Part shown: positions 10,577 through 19,619 of the stretch, in pieces
Position numbering within the stretch: the stretch's first letter is position 1
Layout of the letters: the number at the start of each line of letters is the position of its first letter
Sequence record: PQ303785.1
From: Escherichia phage LYE-01
Reading direction: 5' to 3' (one strand)
Length of the DNA: 64,000 bases
Made by a program: the position numbers and the translations under genes
The notes under the pieces: generated by a model
The model's database searches: none
What the model saw: only the letters and a program-made list of their open reading frames with translations
Told to the model about the DNA's origin: nothing

Positions 10577-10894
10577 ATGAAAACGTTTAAAGAATTTATT
10601 GCAGAATCTGCCCAAGGACAACGTGTAGAAGGCGGTTATATCTGGATTGAACAAGTTGAGCCGCCAAGTCGCACTTCTACAGGTAAATGGAAAATCACTG
10701 TTGATGGTCCTGGTGGTAAACGTAGGACTCTTAAAGAAATTAACGGGTACTATGAAGAAGCTCTTTCTGACGCGGGTACTTATATGATGCAAATCATGAT
10801 TAAAAACCCAGAAAATCGTTTTGCGGCTAGAGTTTTCCGCCGTATTGGAAATAAGCTTTATGATGCATATTCTAAAAACTTCCCTAAAGAATAA
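10577..10894 (+). CDS. internal-protein-like protein with capsid-targeting leader
   Basis: 105 aa, MKTFKEFIAESAQ...; extra capsid-targeted ORF between e and ipIII. Confidence 0.6.
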   Translation: MKTFKEFIAESAQGQRVEGGYIWIEQVEPPSRTSTGKWKITVDGPGGKRRTLKEINGYYEEALSDAGTYMMQIMIKNPENRFAARVFRRIGNKLYDAYSKNFPKE

Positions 10895-10909
10895 AAATAA
10901 AGGAAACAC

Positions 10910-11488
10910 ATGAAAACCTATAAAGAATTTATCGCTGAAGCTTCTGTGGAAAAGGCCAAAGGCATTAATAAGGACGAGTGGAACTATCGTGGTGGAAACG
11001 GCTTTGACCCTAAAACAGCCCCTATTGAACGATACTTAGCTACAAAAGCTTCCGATTTTAAAGCTTTCGCTTGGGAAGGACTTCGCTGGCGTACCGATTT
11101 AAATATTGAAGTTGACGGACTTAAATTTGCTCATATTGAAGATGTTGTTGCTAGTAACTTAGACGCAGCTTTTGTTAAAGCCGACAGTGATCTTCGTCGC
11201 TGGAATTTAAAACTGTTCTCTAAACAAAAAGGCCCGAAGTTTGTGCCTAAAGCCGGTAAATGGGTCATTGATAATAAATTAGCTAAGGCTGTCAACTACG
11301 CTGGTCTTGAATTCGCCAAGCACAAATCATCATGGAAAGGTCTTGATGCAATGGCTTTCCGTAAAGAATTTGCTGATGTTATGGCTAAAGGCGGCTTTAA
11401 GGCAGAAATAGATACCTCTAAAGGTACGTTTAAGGACGCTAATGTTCAGTACGCTTATGCCGTTGCTAATGCAGCCCGTGGTAATTAA
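10910..11488 (+). CDS. ipIII: internal protein III
   Basis: 192 aa (T4 IPIII is 193 aa), MKTYKEFIAEA leader; position next to e. Confidence 0.75.
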   Translation: MKTYKEFIAEASVEKAKGINKDEWNYRGGNGFDPKTAPIERYLATKASDFKAFAWEGLRWRTDLNIEVDGLKFAHIEDVVASNLDAAFVKADSDLRRWNLKLFSKQKGPKFVPKAGKWVIDNKLAKAVNYAGLEFAKHKSSWKGLDAMAFRKEFADVMAKGGFKAEIDTSKGTFKDANVQYAYAVANAARGN

Positions 11489-11529
11489 TAAGGCCTATAC
11501 TTAGGCCTATTTACATTTAAAGGAAACAT

Positions 11530-11832
11530 ATGAAAACATTTAAAGAATTTATCACTGAAGCAAAAGCCCCGAAGGTTTTTCAAATTTGTTCACAAGGAAA
11601 TTTAGACAAAGAATACGTTGACGCCATCGTAGCAAGCATTGTCAACCAAGGCGTGCAAGTAGATGCAGTTGAATTTACCAAAGGCCCTACCTTTAATATC
11701 GTTGTATCTAAGGGTTCTTTGGCTAAAATTAAAAAGGCCTGGGGTGTTATGAGAGCTTACCAAGTAGATGATTCTGCTCCCGGGCCGAAAGTACGAATGA
11801 ATACCCTTAAGGGAGGCCGTGAATACGTTTAG
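11530..11832 (+). CDS. ipII: internal protein II
   Basis: 100 aa (T4 IPII is 100 aa), MKTFKEFITEA leader. Confidence 0.75.
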   Translation: MKTFKEFITEAKAPKVFQICSQGNLDKEYVDAIVASIVNQGVQVDAVEFTKGPTFNIVVSKGSLAKIKKAWGVMRAYQVDDSAPGPKVRMNTLKGGREYV

Positions 11833-11910
11833 GCCTATTGTCTATACTTATTAGAATATTATACGGACTACCATGTGCCACGGAATGGCCCAACCTAAAA
11901 GAGAAACTAA

Positions 11911-12450
11911 ATGAGAACATTTTTAACTGGTCCTTATCTATCCCTGATGAATGCTTTTACACACCATTCTGATGCTAGAGTAGAAGAAATTTGTAAAAAC
12001 GATTATATCCCACCATTTGAAGACTTACTCAAGCAGTATTGCACACTTCGATTAGATGGTGGCAGACAATCCGGTAAATCAACTGCTGTGACTAACTTTG
12101 CTGCTAATTGGCTGTATGATGGTGGAACAGTTATTGTTCTTTCTAATACTTCAGCTTACGCTAAAATTTCTGCAGGCCACATTAAAAAAGAATTTTCTCG
12201 TTATTCTGGCGATGATATTCGATTCCGCTTATTTACCGATTCTGTCCGTAGTTTTATTGGTAATAAAGGAAGCAAGTTCAGAGGTTTATCGCTTTCGCGG
12301 ATTTTGTATATAATCGATGAGCCTGTTAAATCTCCTGATATGGATAAAATTTACGATATTCATATTGAAACTGTGCGCCACTGTTGCAATAGTAAATGCT
12401 GCATTGGTGGTATTACTCGTCCACAGTTTTTCATAATCGGAATGCAATGA
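11911..12450 (+). CDS. P-loop NTPase-like protein
   Basis: 179 aa; Walker A-like GGRQSGKST, Walker B-like ILYIIDEP, C-terminal CCNSKCC cluster; occupies the position of T4 denV, but no DenV-like sequence is present. Confidence 0.5.
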   Translation: MRTFLTGPYLSLMNAFTHHSDARVEEICKNDYIPPFEDLLKQYCTLRLDGGRQSGKSTAVTNFAANWLYDGGTVIVLSNTSAYAKISAGHIKKEFSRYSGDDIRFRLFTDSVRSFIGNKGSKFRGLSLSRILYIIDEPVKSPDMDKIYDIHIETVRHCCNSKCCIGGITRPQFFIIGMQ

Positions 12451-12776
12451 TGACAGACACGCAACTTTTCGAATATCTTTATTTTTCGCCAAAAACTATT
12501 AAAAATAAATTGGTGAATCATTTTGAAATTTTGGCAAATAACAACGTCTTGAGCGAATTTTATCCTAAGCAATACAAATTACAAAAAGGCGTATTCAAAG
12601 GATGCAGAGTTTTGTGCACTGCTCCTAATGCAAGATTAATGAATAAAATTCCATATTTTACCATGGAATTTATTGATGGACCTTTTAAAGGACTAATCAC
12701 CCAAAGTTTAATGGCATATGATTCTGAGCCATTTTTAATTAAAGAGCAATCTTGGATAAATTTATTTTCTAATTGA
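12447..12776 (+). CDS. hypothetical protein
   Basis: ATG at 12447 overlaps the preceding stop; about 109 aa. Confidence 0.45.
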   Translation: MMTDTQLFEYLYFSPKTIKNKLVNHFEILANNNVLSEFYPKQYKLQKGVFKGCRVLCTAPNARLMNKIPYFTMEFIDGPFKGLITQSLMAYDSEPFLIKEQSWINLFSN

Positions 12777-12784
12777 GAGGTTAT

Positions 12785-13147
12785 ATGAAAGCATATCAAA
12801 TTCTTGAAGGCACGCATAAAGGTACTATTTATTTTGAAGACGGTATTCAAGCACGAATTATTGTCTCTAAAACTTTTAAAGAGGACTCTTTTGTAGACCC
12901 AGAAATTTTCTATGGTTTGCATGCCCGTGAAATTGAAATTGAAACACAGCCTACAGTTAAAATTGAGGGTGGTCAACACCTGAACGTAAACGTTCTGCGT
13001 CGTGAAACTCTGGAAGATGCAGTTAAGCATCCGGAAAAATATCCGCAGCTGACCATCCGTGTATCCGGTTATGCAGTTCGCTTTAACTCTCTGACTCCGG
13101 AACAGCAGCGCGACGTTATCGCTCGTACCTTTACTGAGAGTCTGTAA
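12785..13147 (+). CDS. autonomous glycyl radical cofactor (GrcA/YfiD-like)
   Basis: C-terminal [59 protein letters not shown] carries the glycyl-radical RVSGY motif and matches my memory of E. coli GrcA; T4 is known to encode a YfiD homologue. Confidence 0.8.
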   Translation: MKAYQILEGTHKGTIYFEDGIQARIIVSKTFKEDSFVDPEIFYGLHAREIEIETQPTVKIEGGQHLNVNVLRRETLEDAVKHPEKYPQLTIRVSGYAVRFNSLTPEQQRDVIARTFTESL

Positions 13148-13368
13148 TGGCAAAGATAATTATTGAAGGTTCTAAAGATGTGCTAAATGCTTTCGCCGAG
13201 TGGTTTAGTAATTCAGGCGAACAGCAATTTAATGAAGCATGGAACATGGGTGATATTAGTGGAATTTATCCTACGACAGAAATTTCTGTTCAGGGATATG
13301 GCATTCATGAGCCTATTCGTTTAGTTGAATATGATTTGGGAACAGGTGAGGAAGTAAAATATGATTGA
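13147..13368 (+). CDS. hypothetical protein
   Basis: 73-aa ORF, start overlaps preceding stop. Confidence 0.45.
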   Translation: MAKIIIEGSKDVLNAFAEWFSNSGEQQFNEAWNMGDISGIYPTTEISVQGYGIHEPIRLVEYDLGTGEEVKYD

Positions 13369-13627
13369 AGACATTAAAGGTTATAAGCCACATACTGACG
13401 ATAAAATCAGTAAAGTGAATGCTATTAAAGATGCTGAAGTTCGTTTAGGACTTATCTTTGATGCTTTATATGATGAATTCTGGGAAGCACTAGATAATTG
13501 TGAAGACTGTGAATTCGCGAAGAATTATGCTGAAAGTCTCGATCAGTTAACTATTGCTAAAACGAAACTCAAAGAAGCCAGTATGTGGGCTTGTCGTGCT
13601 GTGTTCCAACCAGAGGAAAAATATTAA
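13361..13627 (+). CDS. hypothetical protein (by position possibly vs.4/Acb2-like; unverified)
   Basis: 88-aa helical acidic protein, second gene upstream of regB; identity inferred from gene order only. Confidence 0.4.
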   Translation: MIEDIKGYKPHTDDKISKVNAIKDAEVRLGLIFDALYDEFWEALDNCEDCEFAKNYAESLDQLTIAKTKLKEASMWACRAVFQPEEKY

Positions 13628-13905
13628 TGGCTCAATTAAGCGCAGGGTTTGGTTATGAGTATTATACTGCCCCTCGTCGTGTATCTGTTGCTCCTAAGAA
13701 AATTCAAAGTCTTGATGACTTCCAGGAAGTAGTTCGTAAAGCTTTCCAGGACTATGCGAGTTATCTTAAAGAAGATTCACAGGACTGTCTCGAAGAAGAT
13801 GAAATTGCTTACTATGAGCAGCGTCTTGAACAGCTTAAAAACCTACATGAGGTTCGTGCAGAAGTTTCAAAGTCTATGAATAAATTGATTAGATTTAAAG
13901 AATAA
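13627..13905 (+). CDS. hypothetical protein
   Basis: ATG at 13627 within track ORF 13585..13905; 92 aa. Confidence 0.45.
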   Translation: MAQLSAGFGYEYYTAPRRVSVAPKKIQSLDDFQEVVRKAFQDYASYLKEDSQDCLEEDEIAYYEQRLEQLKNLHEVRAEVSKSMNKLIRFKE

Positions 13906-13907
13906 CT

Positions 13908-13937
13908 GTTTACTTTTCCTCTTGACTGTGGTATAAT
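13908..13937 (+). promoter_or_regulatory. T4-type early promoter
   Basis: GTTTAC, 18 nt, TGTGGTATAAT (extended -10) upstream of regB. Confidence 0.6.
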
Positions 13938-13964
13938 TTTTCTATCAGTTAAGAGGAGAATAAC

Positions 13965-14426
13965 ATGACTATCAATACAGAAGTTTTTATCCGTCGAAAT
14001 AAGCTCCGTCGTCACTTTGAGTCGGAGTTTCGTCAAATTAACAATGAGATTCGTGAGGCATCAAAAGCAGCAGGGGTCTCATCGTTTCATCTAAAATATT
14101 CTCAACATCTTCTTGATCGTGCAATTCAACGGGAGATTGATGAGACATATGTTTTTGAATTATTCCACAAAATAAAAGACCATGTTTTAGAAGTTAATGA
14201 ATTCCTGAGTATGCCTCCGCGTCCTGACATTGACGAGGATTTTATTGATGGGGTTGAATATCGTCCTGGGCGTTTAGAAATCACAGATGGAAATCTTTGG
14301 CTTGGATTTACAGTTTGTAAACCTAATGCGAAGTTCAAAGACCCGTCGCTTCAGTGCAGGATGGCAATTATTAACAGTCGTCGTTTACCAGGAAAGGCTT
14401 CTAAAGCAGTAATTAAAACTCAATGA
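13965..14426 (+). CDS. regB: RegB endoribonuclease
   Basis: 153 aa (MTINTEVFIRRNKLRRHF...); size and position between the vs region and tk match T4 regB. Confidence 0.8.
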   Translation: MTINTEVFIRRNKLRRHFESEFRQINNEIREASKAAGVSSFHLKYSQHLLDRAIQREIDETYVFELFHKIKDHVLEVNEFLSMPPRPDIDEDFIDGVEYRPGRLEITDGNLWLGFTVCKPNAKFKDPSLQCRMAIINSRRLPGKASKAVIKTQ

Positions 14427-14433
14427 GGTAAGC

Positions 14434-14979
14434 ATGAGAAAAGCACTACTCGCTGGTCTATTGGCCATTTCAATGATGGCACATAGCTCCGAGCATACTT
14501 TCAGTAATGTCCAACTCGATAACATGCGTTACGCATATCAATTCGGGGAACAATTTTCTAAGGATGGAAAATATAAAACACACAAAAATATCCACAAGAG
14601 TGGATTAGGTCATATAATGGCTGCTATTTTATGGCAAGAAAGCTCTGCCGGAGTTAATTTAAAATCTAAACCAAAGCATCATGCCTATGGAATGTTCCAA
14701 AATTATTTGCCGACCATGCGAGCAAGAGTTAAGGAACTTGGTTATAATATGACCGATGCTGAAATAAAAAGAATGTTGAATAAACGGTCCAATTCAGCTT
14801 CCTGGGCGTACATTGAACTTTCTTATTGGTTAAATATACATAAGGGTGATATAAGAAAGGCAATATCCTCTTATAATTCGGGATGGAATGTTAAAGCAGG
14901 TTCTAAATATGCTTCTGAAGTCCTAGAAAAGGCTAACTACCTTAAAAATAATAAACTACTGGAAATAGTAAATGACTAA
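14434..14979 (+). CDS. secreted lytic-transglycosylase-like protein (vs.1 position)
   Basis: N-terminal signal peptide; SLT-family motifs WQESS, GMFQ and SYNSG. Confidence 0.6.
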   Translation: MRKALLAGLLAISMMAHSSEHTFSNVQLDNMRYAYQFGEQFSKDGKYKTHKNIHKSGLGHIMAAILWQESSAGVNLKSKPKHHAYGMFQNYLPTMRARVKELGYNMTDAEIKRMLNKRSNSASWAYIELSYWLNIHKGDIRKAISSYNSGWNVKAGSKYASEVLEKANYLKNNKLLEIVND

Positions 14980-15313
14980 AATTTTGGTTTTATGTATAGG
15001 ATTAATTTCATTTTCTGCGTTAGCAGATATATCATATTCTGAAGTTAGAGAGTATGTAAACCGTACTGCCGCGGATTATTGTGGGAAAAATAAAGCATGC
15101 CAAGCTGAATTTGCGCAGAAATTAATATATGCATATAAAGACGGAGAAAGAGATAAATCAAGCAGATACAAAAATGATACTTTATTAAAACGATATGCTA
15201 AAAAGTGGAATACCTTAGAATGTTCAGTTGCGGAGGAGAAAGATAAAGCCGCTTGTCATTCAATGGTTGACCGTTTGGTAGATTCTTATAATCGAGGATT
15301 GAGTACTAGATGA
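14972..15313 (+). CDS. hypothetical secreted protein (positional candidate for vs)
   Basis: 113 aa with hydrophobic signal-like N-terminus; name from position only. Confidence 0.4.
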   Translation: MTKILVLCIGLISFSALADISYSEVREYVNRTAADYCGKNKACQAEFAQKLIYAYKDGERDKSSRYKNDTLLKRYAKKWNTLECSVAEEKDKAACHSMVDRLVDSYNRGLSTR

Positions 15314-15789
15314 TTGTAAAATATATCAAGGGCGATATTGTCGCCCTATTTCTTCAAGGTAATATTATTGCGCACGGGTGCAACTGTTTTCATACTATGG
15401 GTTCAGGTGTAGCGGGTCAATTAGCAAGGGCCTATCCTAAAATTTTAGAAATAGATAAAACCACTACCGAGTACGGTTCTCGTGATAAATTAGGCGATAT
15501 GTCTATTGTTTTTAAACATAATCCTACAGGATTTGGTATATGCTATAACCTGTATACACAATACGAACCGGGTCCTAATCTTGATTATGGTGCTTTAGTA
15601 AACTGCATGATAGAATTAAATCTACAGGCAGAGACCCTTTTGTTTAAACCAGTAATTTACATTCCACGCATAGGTTGTGGTATTGCTGGCGGTGATTGGG
15701 ATAAGGTTTCTAAATTAATCGACATGTTTACTCCTGATATTGATTTGATAGTGGTGGATTATGAAAGTACATTACCCGCATCCGTTTGA
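15310..15789 (+). CDS. macro-domain (ADP-ribose binding/hydrolase) protein
   Basis: 159 aa; N-terminal KGDIV, glycine-rich loop MGSGVAGQLARAYP and distal IPRIGCGIAGG match the macro-domain pattern (GDIT ... GGGVxGAI ... ISTGxYG). Confidence 0.6.
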   Translation: MIVKYIKGDIVALFLQGNIIAHGCNCFHTMGSGVAGQLARAYPKILEIDKTTTEYGSRDKLGDMSIVFKHNPTGFGICYNLYTQYEPGPNLDYGALVNCMIELNLQAETLLFKPVIYIPRIGCGIAGGDWDKVSKLIDMFTPDIDLIVVDYESTLPASV

Positions 15790-15973
15790 TCCTAAAAACA
15801 AAGCAGAAATTATTCGTCAATGGGAACGCATTTGCCGTACTAAATGCCCAATTAATAGTCCTCATGATGTAGATAAAGACTATATTGGAACATTCGTTGA
15901 ATATACCTTTATTGATAGGAAAGGTCGTAAACAACATGTAGAAGAATATTGCTTAAAGGTTACATGGTTATGA
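15761..15973 (+). CDS. hypothetical small protein
   Basis: 70-aa ORF. Confidence 0.4.
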   Translation: MKVHYPHPFDPKNKAEIIRQWERICRTKCPINSPHDVDKDYIGTFVEYTFIDRKGRKQHVEEYCLKVTWL

Positions 15974-16176
15974 GCCAAACTAGTATTCTTAAAAATTCCC
16001 ATTGTGAAAAGTGTAAATGGCCTGTTGTTTTTGCTTTATGTAATGATGAAATGGCCTGTGATTTTGACTATTGGTGCTATTGTTCTAATAAAGGATGCAT
16101 CAATCATAAAGGTGAAGGATTTTATTCAGGATTTTATCCTTATCCTGATTTCGTTAAAGAAGGTAAACCAAAATGA
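15949..16176 (+). CDS. cysteine-rich small protein (possible zinc binding)
   Basis: 75 aa with CEKC and several further Cys residues. Confidence 0.45.
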   Translation: MLKGYMVMSQTSILKNSHCEKCKWPVVFALCNDEMACDFDYWCYCSNKGCINHKGEGFYSGFYPYPDFVKEGKPK

Positions 16177-16346
16177 ATAATTTTGAGTTACAATATGAAG
16201 TGTTACGTGAGCTTGATAATTTAATTGAACTCGCTGTTAATAAAGGTTTTGCCATCGGAATTGGTCAAAAAGATACTGATCATTTAACTATGGAAATATT
16301 TAAGCAAAAGCGAATTATTTTAAAACTTCTGGAAATTAATATATGA
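16173..16346 (+). CDS. hypothetical small protein
   Basis: 57-aa ORF; start and stop each overlap neighbours by 4 nt. Confidence 0.35.
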   Translation: MNNFELQYEVLRELDNLIELAVNKGFAIGIGQKDTDHLTMEIFKQKRIILKLLEINI

Positions 16347-16528
16347 GTCTGAGTAAAGAACAAAAAGATAAATTGTTTGAGCTTATCCATGAACTTCTAG
16401 ATGAGCATACAGAAGCAAACACCTTTTATGATGAATACGGCCCGCTATCTCCCGAACACCAGGAAGAATTTGCTGATCGGTTTGATAAGAAAGAAAACGA
16501 ATTAATAGCTTATGTGAATACGCTTTAA
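16343..16528 (+). CDS. hypothetical small acidic protein
   Basis: 61-aa ORF directly upstream of tk. Confidence 0.45.
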   Translation: MSLSKEQKDKLFELIHELLDEHTEANTFYDEYGPLSPEHQEEFADRFDKKENELIAYVNTL

Positions 16529-16537
16529 GAAGGTGAT

Positions 16538-17119
16538 ATGGCGAGTTTAATTTTTACTTATGCAGCAATGAATGCTGGAAAATCTGCTTCTCTTTTGACT
16601 GCTGCGCATAATTATAAAGAACGTGGAATGAGTGTATTAGTTCTTAAGCCTGCTATTGATACTCGCGATTCTGTCTGTGAAGTCGTTTCTCGCATTGGAA
16701 TTAAGCAGGAAGCGAATATTATTACGGATGATATGGATATTTTTGAGTTCTATAAATGGGCTGAAGCACAAAAAGATATTCATTGTGTATTTGTAGATGA
16801 AGCTCAGTTTTTAAAAACTGAACAGGTGCATCAATTAAGCCGAATTGTCGATACATATAATGTTCCTGTTATGGCTTATGGACTAAGGACTGATTTCGCT
16901 GGAAAATTATTTGAAGGTTCTAAAGAACTTTTGGCGATTGCAGATAAACTTATTGAACTAAAGGCAGTTTGTCATTGTGGTAAAAAAGCGATTATGACAG
17001 CTCGATTAATGGAAGATGGAACACCAGTTAAAGAAGGTAATCAAATCTGTATTGGTGATGAAATTTATGTTTCTTTGTGTAGAAAACATTGGAATGAATT
17101 AACTAAAAAGCTCGGTTAG
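16538..17119 (+). CDS. tk: thymidine kinase
   Basis: 193 aa, P-loop NAGKSAS and zinc-ribbon cysteines, typical thymidine kinase. Confidence 0.95.
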   Translation: MASLIFTYAAMNAGKSASLLTAAHNYKERGMSVLVLKPAIDTRDSVCEVVSRIGIKQEANIITDDMDIFEFYKWAEAQKDIHCVFVDEAQFLKTEQVHQLSRIVDTYNVPVMAYGLRTDFAGKLFEGSKELLAIADKLIELKAVCHCGKKAIMTARLMEDGTPVKEGNQICIGDEIYVSLCRKHWNELTKKLG

Positions 17120-17161
17120 TGCAAAAGTTATAAATAGGTTTATCTAACTAAAGGGGTATAT

Positions 17162-17374
17162 ATGCTACAATTAACTGAAAAGCAACTTCGCAATCTTACT
17201 GTTCTTCAATTAGATGAAATTCGTAGGGAAGTTGGAAATATCATTTCAGCTTTGCGTCGAGAAGTATCACTCAACCAATCTCCGGCAGACTATACTAGAT
17301 TGCGAAATTTTGAAAAATACCTTGATAAAGTTAAGGCCGTGCATCGGCATAAAGTAAATACAGGACAAAAATGA
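17162..17374 (+). CDS. hypothetical protein
   Basis: 70-aa ORF. Confidence 0.45.
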
Positions 17375-17386
17375 TAGGAGGCCTTT

Positions 17387-17680
17387 ATGGCCTTAAAAGC
17401 AGCGGCATTATTCGCCATGCTAGGATTAGCGTTTGTTTTATCTCCGCCGATTGAAGCGAATGTTGATCCTCATTTTGATAAATTTATGGAATCTGGTATT
17501 AGACATGTTTATATGCTTTTTGAAAATAAAAGCGTAGAATCATCTGAACAGTTCTATAGTTTTATGCGAACGACCTATAAAAATGACCCGTGCTCTTCCG
17601 ATTTTGAATGTATAGAACGAGGCGCGGAGATGGCACAATCATACGCTAGAATTATGAACATTAAATTGGAGACTGAATGA
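17387..17680 (+). CDS. rI: lysis inhibition regulator RI (antiholin)
   Basis: 97 aa with N-terminal signal-anchor (MALKAAALFAMLGLAFVLSPPIEA...); matches my recollection of T4 RI. Confidence 0.8.
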   Translation: MALKAAALFAMLGLAFVLSPPIEANVDPHFDKFMESGIRHVYMLFENKSVESSEQFYSFMRTTYKNDPCSSDFECIERGAEMAQSYARIMNIKLETE

Positions 17681-18063
17681 AATTCAGCGACTTTTCACAA
17701 AGTGGAAAACCTTCAAAGGCAGATGAATACTTAGGTTTATTAATGGCTGCGCAAGCTTATTTTCATTCTGCACATTTTGAAACTAAAAGTTATGCTAGAC
17801 ACAAGGCATACGATTTTATTTTCTCTGAGTTGCCAGATTTGATTGACAAATTTGGTGAGCAGTATTTGGGGTATTCTGGTAGAAAATACATACCTTCAAT
17901 TCCAGATGCTAGTAAACTTCCTACCGACACAATTAAAATGATTGATCGTATACTAGACCAATCTAACAGCATTTACAAAGAAATGCCTCCAGCCATTCAA
18001 AGCACGATAGATGATATTACTGGAATGTTTTATCAAAGTAAATATCTTCTTTCCCTCGAATAA
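17677..18063 (+). CDS. hypothetical protein
   Basis: 128-aa ORF. Confidence 0.5.
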   Translation: MKFSDFSQSGKPSKADEYLGLLMAAQAYFHSAHFETKSYARHKAYDFIFSELPDLIDKFGEQYLGYSGRKYIPSIPDASKLPTDTIKMIDRILDQSNSIYKEMPPAIQSTIDDITGMFYQSKYLLSLE

Positions 18064-18068
18064 CATTA

Positions 18069-18090
18069 GTCTCCTTCGGGAGACTTTTTT
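18069..18090 (+). terminator. intrinsic terminator (UUCG tetraloop plus U-run)
   Basis: gtctcc-TTCG-ggagac followed by TTTTTT. Confidence 0.7.
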
Positions 18091-18100
18091 CATTTTACCG

Positions 18101-18130
18101 GTTTACTTTCCATTTGAGCTGTGATACTAT
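18101..18130 (+). promoter_or_regulatory. T4-type early promoter
   Basis: GTTTAC, 18 nt, TACTAT immediately after the terminator. Confidence 0.55.
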
Positions 18131-18158
18131 ACAACCATCGGATAAAGAGGAGAACATC

Positions 18159-18347
18159 ATGAAAATTGAAGCACTTAATCAAGAAGGAAATATCTACGTC
18201 ATCATTAATGGTGATTTTTTCGTCGACATGGATGAAGTTACTAGTGAAGAACTTGTAGAACTTCTTAAGAAACGTTATGATATGTGTGATGAAGCTGCAA
18301 CTCATATGGCGTGTGCAATATTCTCTCTTTCATATGTGGTGGAATAA
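18159..18347 (+). CDS. hypothetical small acidic protein
   Basis: ATG at 18159 after AGAGGAGAA SD; 62 aa. Confidence 0.5.
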   Translation: MKIEALNQEGNIYVIINGDFFVDMDEVTSEELVELLKKRYDMCDEAATHMACAIFSLSYVVE

Positions 18348-18529
18348 TGATTAGTATCGAACAAGCAGATAAAATTAAAGAATTGGTAGCTTTAATTCGC
18401 AAAGCAGATGAGGAACGCATTAACTTTGCCTTATCAGGTATTGAAGAATTTGAAGCTAAAGTTGATAATGCTTTAGAAGCTTTAGATATGTTTCTTGATG
18501 AAATTATCGATCACAATACGAGAGTTTAG
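18347..18529 (+). CDS. hypothetical small acidic protein
   Basis: 60 aa. Confidence 0.45.
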   Translation: MISIEQADKIKELVALIRKADEERINFALSGIEEFEAKVDNALEALDMFLDEIIDHNTRV

Positions 18530-18530
18530 T

Positions 18531-18725
18531 ATGCTGACAGGCGAACAGTTTGAAAAAATCATTAAATTAGCACGTGATATTGAAATAGATTCATATCAAT
18601 TAGCAGTTGAGCATTGTGAAGGATATTCATACGACGGTATAGAAGCAGCTAAAAAGGATTTAGATAAATCCAAAGCTAAGTTAGTTCAATATCTTGAAAT
18701 GATTAGGTGGAATAATGAAAACTGA
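18531..18725 (+). CDS. hypothetical small protein
   Basis: 64 aa. Confidence 0.45.
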   Translation: MLTGEQFEKIIKLARDIEIDSYQLAVEHCEGYSYDGIEAAKKDLDKSKAKLVQYLEMIRWNNEN

Positions 18726-18888
18726 AAAGCAGATGTTTTTAATGAAGCTAATTGAAGAATATGCTAATGCAGTTTCTGACTATGAGTGTTCTTCTCGGGA
18801 AAGAGGTATAGCTTTCGCAAAGGAAGAAATGAAAATCATGGTTGATGCTCACACAAAACTCCAGAATTTTATTGAAAACGTCATTTAA
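18715..18888 (+). CDS. hypothetical small protein
   Basis: 57-aa ORF, below track cutoff. Confidence 0.35.
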   Translation: MKTEKQMFLMKLIEEYANAVSDYECSSRERGIAFAKEEMKIMVDAHTKLQNFIENVI

Positions 18889-18890
18889 CA

Positions 18891-18920
18891 GTTTACAAGT
18901 TGGCAAGGTTATGGTATAGT
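18891..18920 (+). promoter_or_regulatory. early promoter with stem-loop (PeSL-like)
   Basis: GTTTACAAG ... TGGTATAGT; imperfect inverted repeat AAGGTTA/TAATCTT spans the -10 region. Confidence 0.5.
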
Positions 18921-19055
18921 AATCTTGTCAACTGCCAAGGAGAAGAGAATGAAAGTTTTGTTTGTTGTGTATGTGATGATTCAATATAATCACCCGATGT
19001 TTACTTATAATCTGGTGAACAATATTATTGATATTATTCAAAGGAGTATGTAATT

Positions 19056-19613
19056 GTGATTGAGTCGAAGAGAATCAATATGAAACGATTAGTATTAGAA
19101 GTTAGTTCACTTTTTGGTGAATTGGCTATAGAAAAAGTAAATAATATGTATCGTTTGACGCAAGAAGACGATATGCTATATTTTACGCCTAGTGAAATCA
19201 TTCATTTAACCCAAATTGAAAATCCTTATACTGATAAAATTGTAAGCATTAATGATGAGCATAAAATTCATTTTTATTCTTCATGCCCAGGATTTAATAT
19301 TGAAAGCGAGTCAATATGCTTATCAGTTATCCATTGGGATAGTTTTATAGATAAGATTAAATATTTTTATTATTCTAATGAAAGAAAACATAGTTTAAAA
19401 TGGTTTAAAAATTGCAATGCTATTATTACTAACGCTTGCAATCAGAATGATGAAACTGTTTTAAATGTATCAAAATGTTATGAAGAGGGAGATGTCTTAA
19501 CTATTCGTCAAATTGACGATTTTCGAGCGCATATTGTCACATTTACCAAAGACGAAGCTATTGCGCTAAAGACTTATCTTGATTCTGTCATTCCAACTAT
19601 GATTTCAAAGTGA
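19056..19613 (+). CDS. hypothetical protein (tandem paralog A)
   Basis: GTG start at 19056 or ATG at 19080; C-terminus EAIALKTYLDSVIPTMISK resembles that of the next ORF. Confidence 0.5.
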   Translation: MIESKRINMKRLVLEVSSLFGELAIEKVNNMYRLTQEDDMLYFTPSEIIHLTQIENPYTDKIVSINDEHKIHFYSSCPGFNIESESICLSVIHWDSFIDKIKYFYYSNERKHSLKWFKNCNAIITNACNQNDETVLNVSKCYEEGDVLTIRQIDDFRAHIVTFTKDEAIALKTYLDSVIPTMISK

Positions 19614-19619
19614 GGAAAT

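Noticed and set aside
12098-12313. 71-aa plus-strand ORF in an alternative frame
   Set aside because: It is nested in the P-loop protein gene 11911..12450 with no independent start signals.
12560-13153. 197-aa minus-strand ORF
   Set aside because: It overlaps the plus-strand GrcA-like gene, which has a recognisable conserved C-terminus, and neighbouring plus-strand ORFs; it has no SD and is most likely an antisense read-through frame.
13361-13627. Confident naming of this ORF as Acb2 (vs.4)
   Set aside because: The assignment rests only on gene order relative to regB; the sequence could not be matched from memory, so it is reported only as a low-confidence positional candidate.
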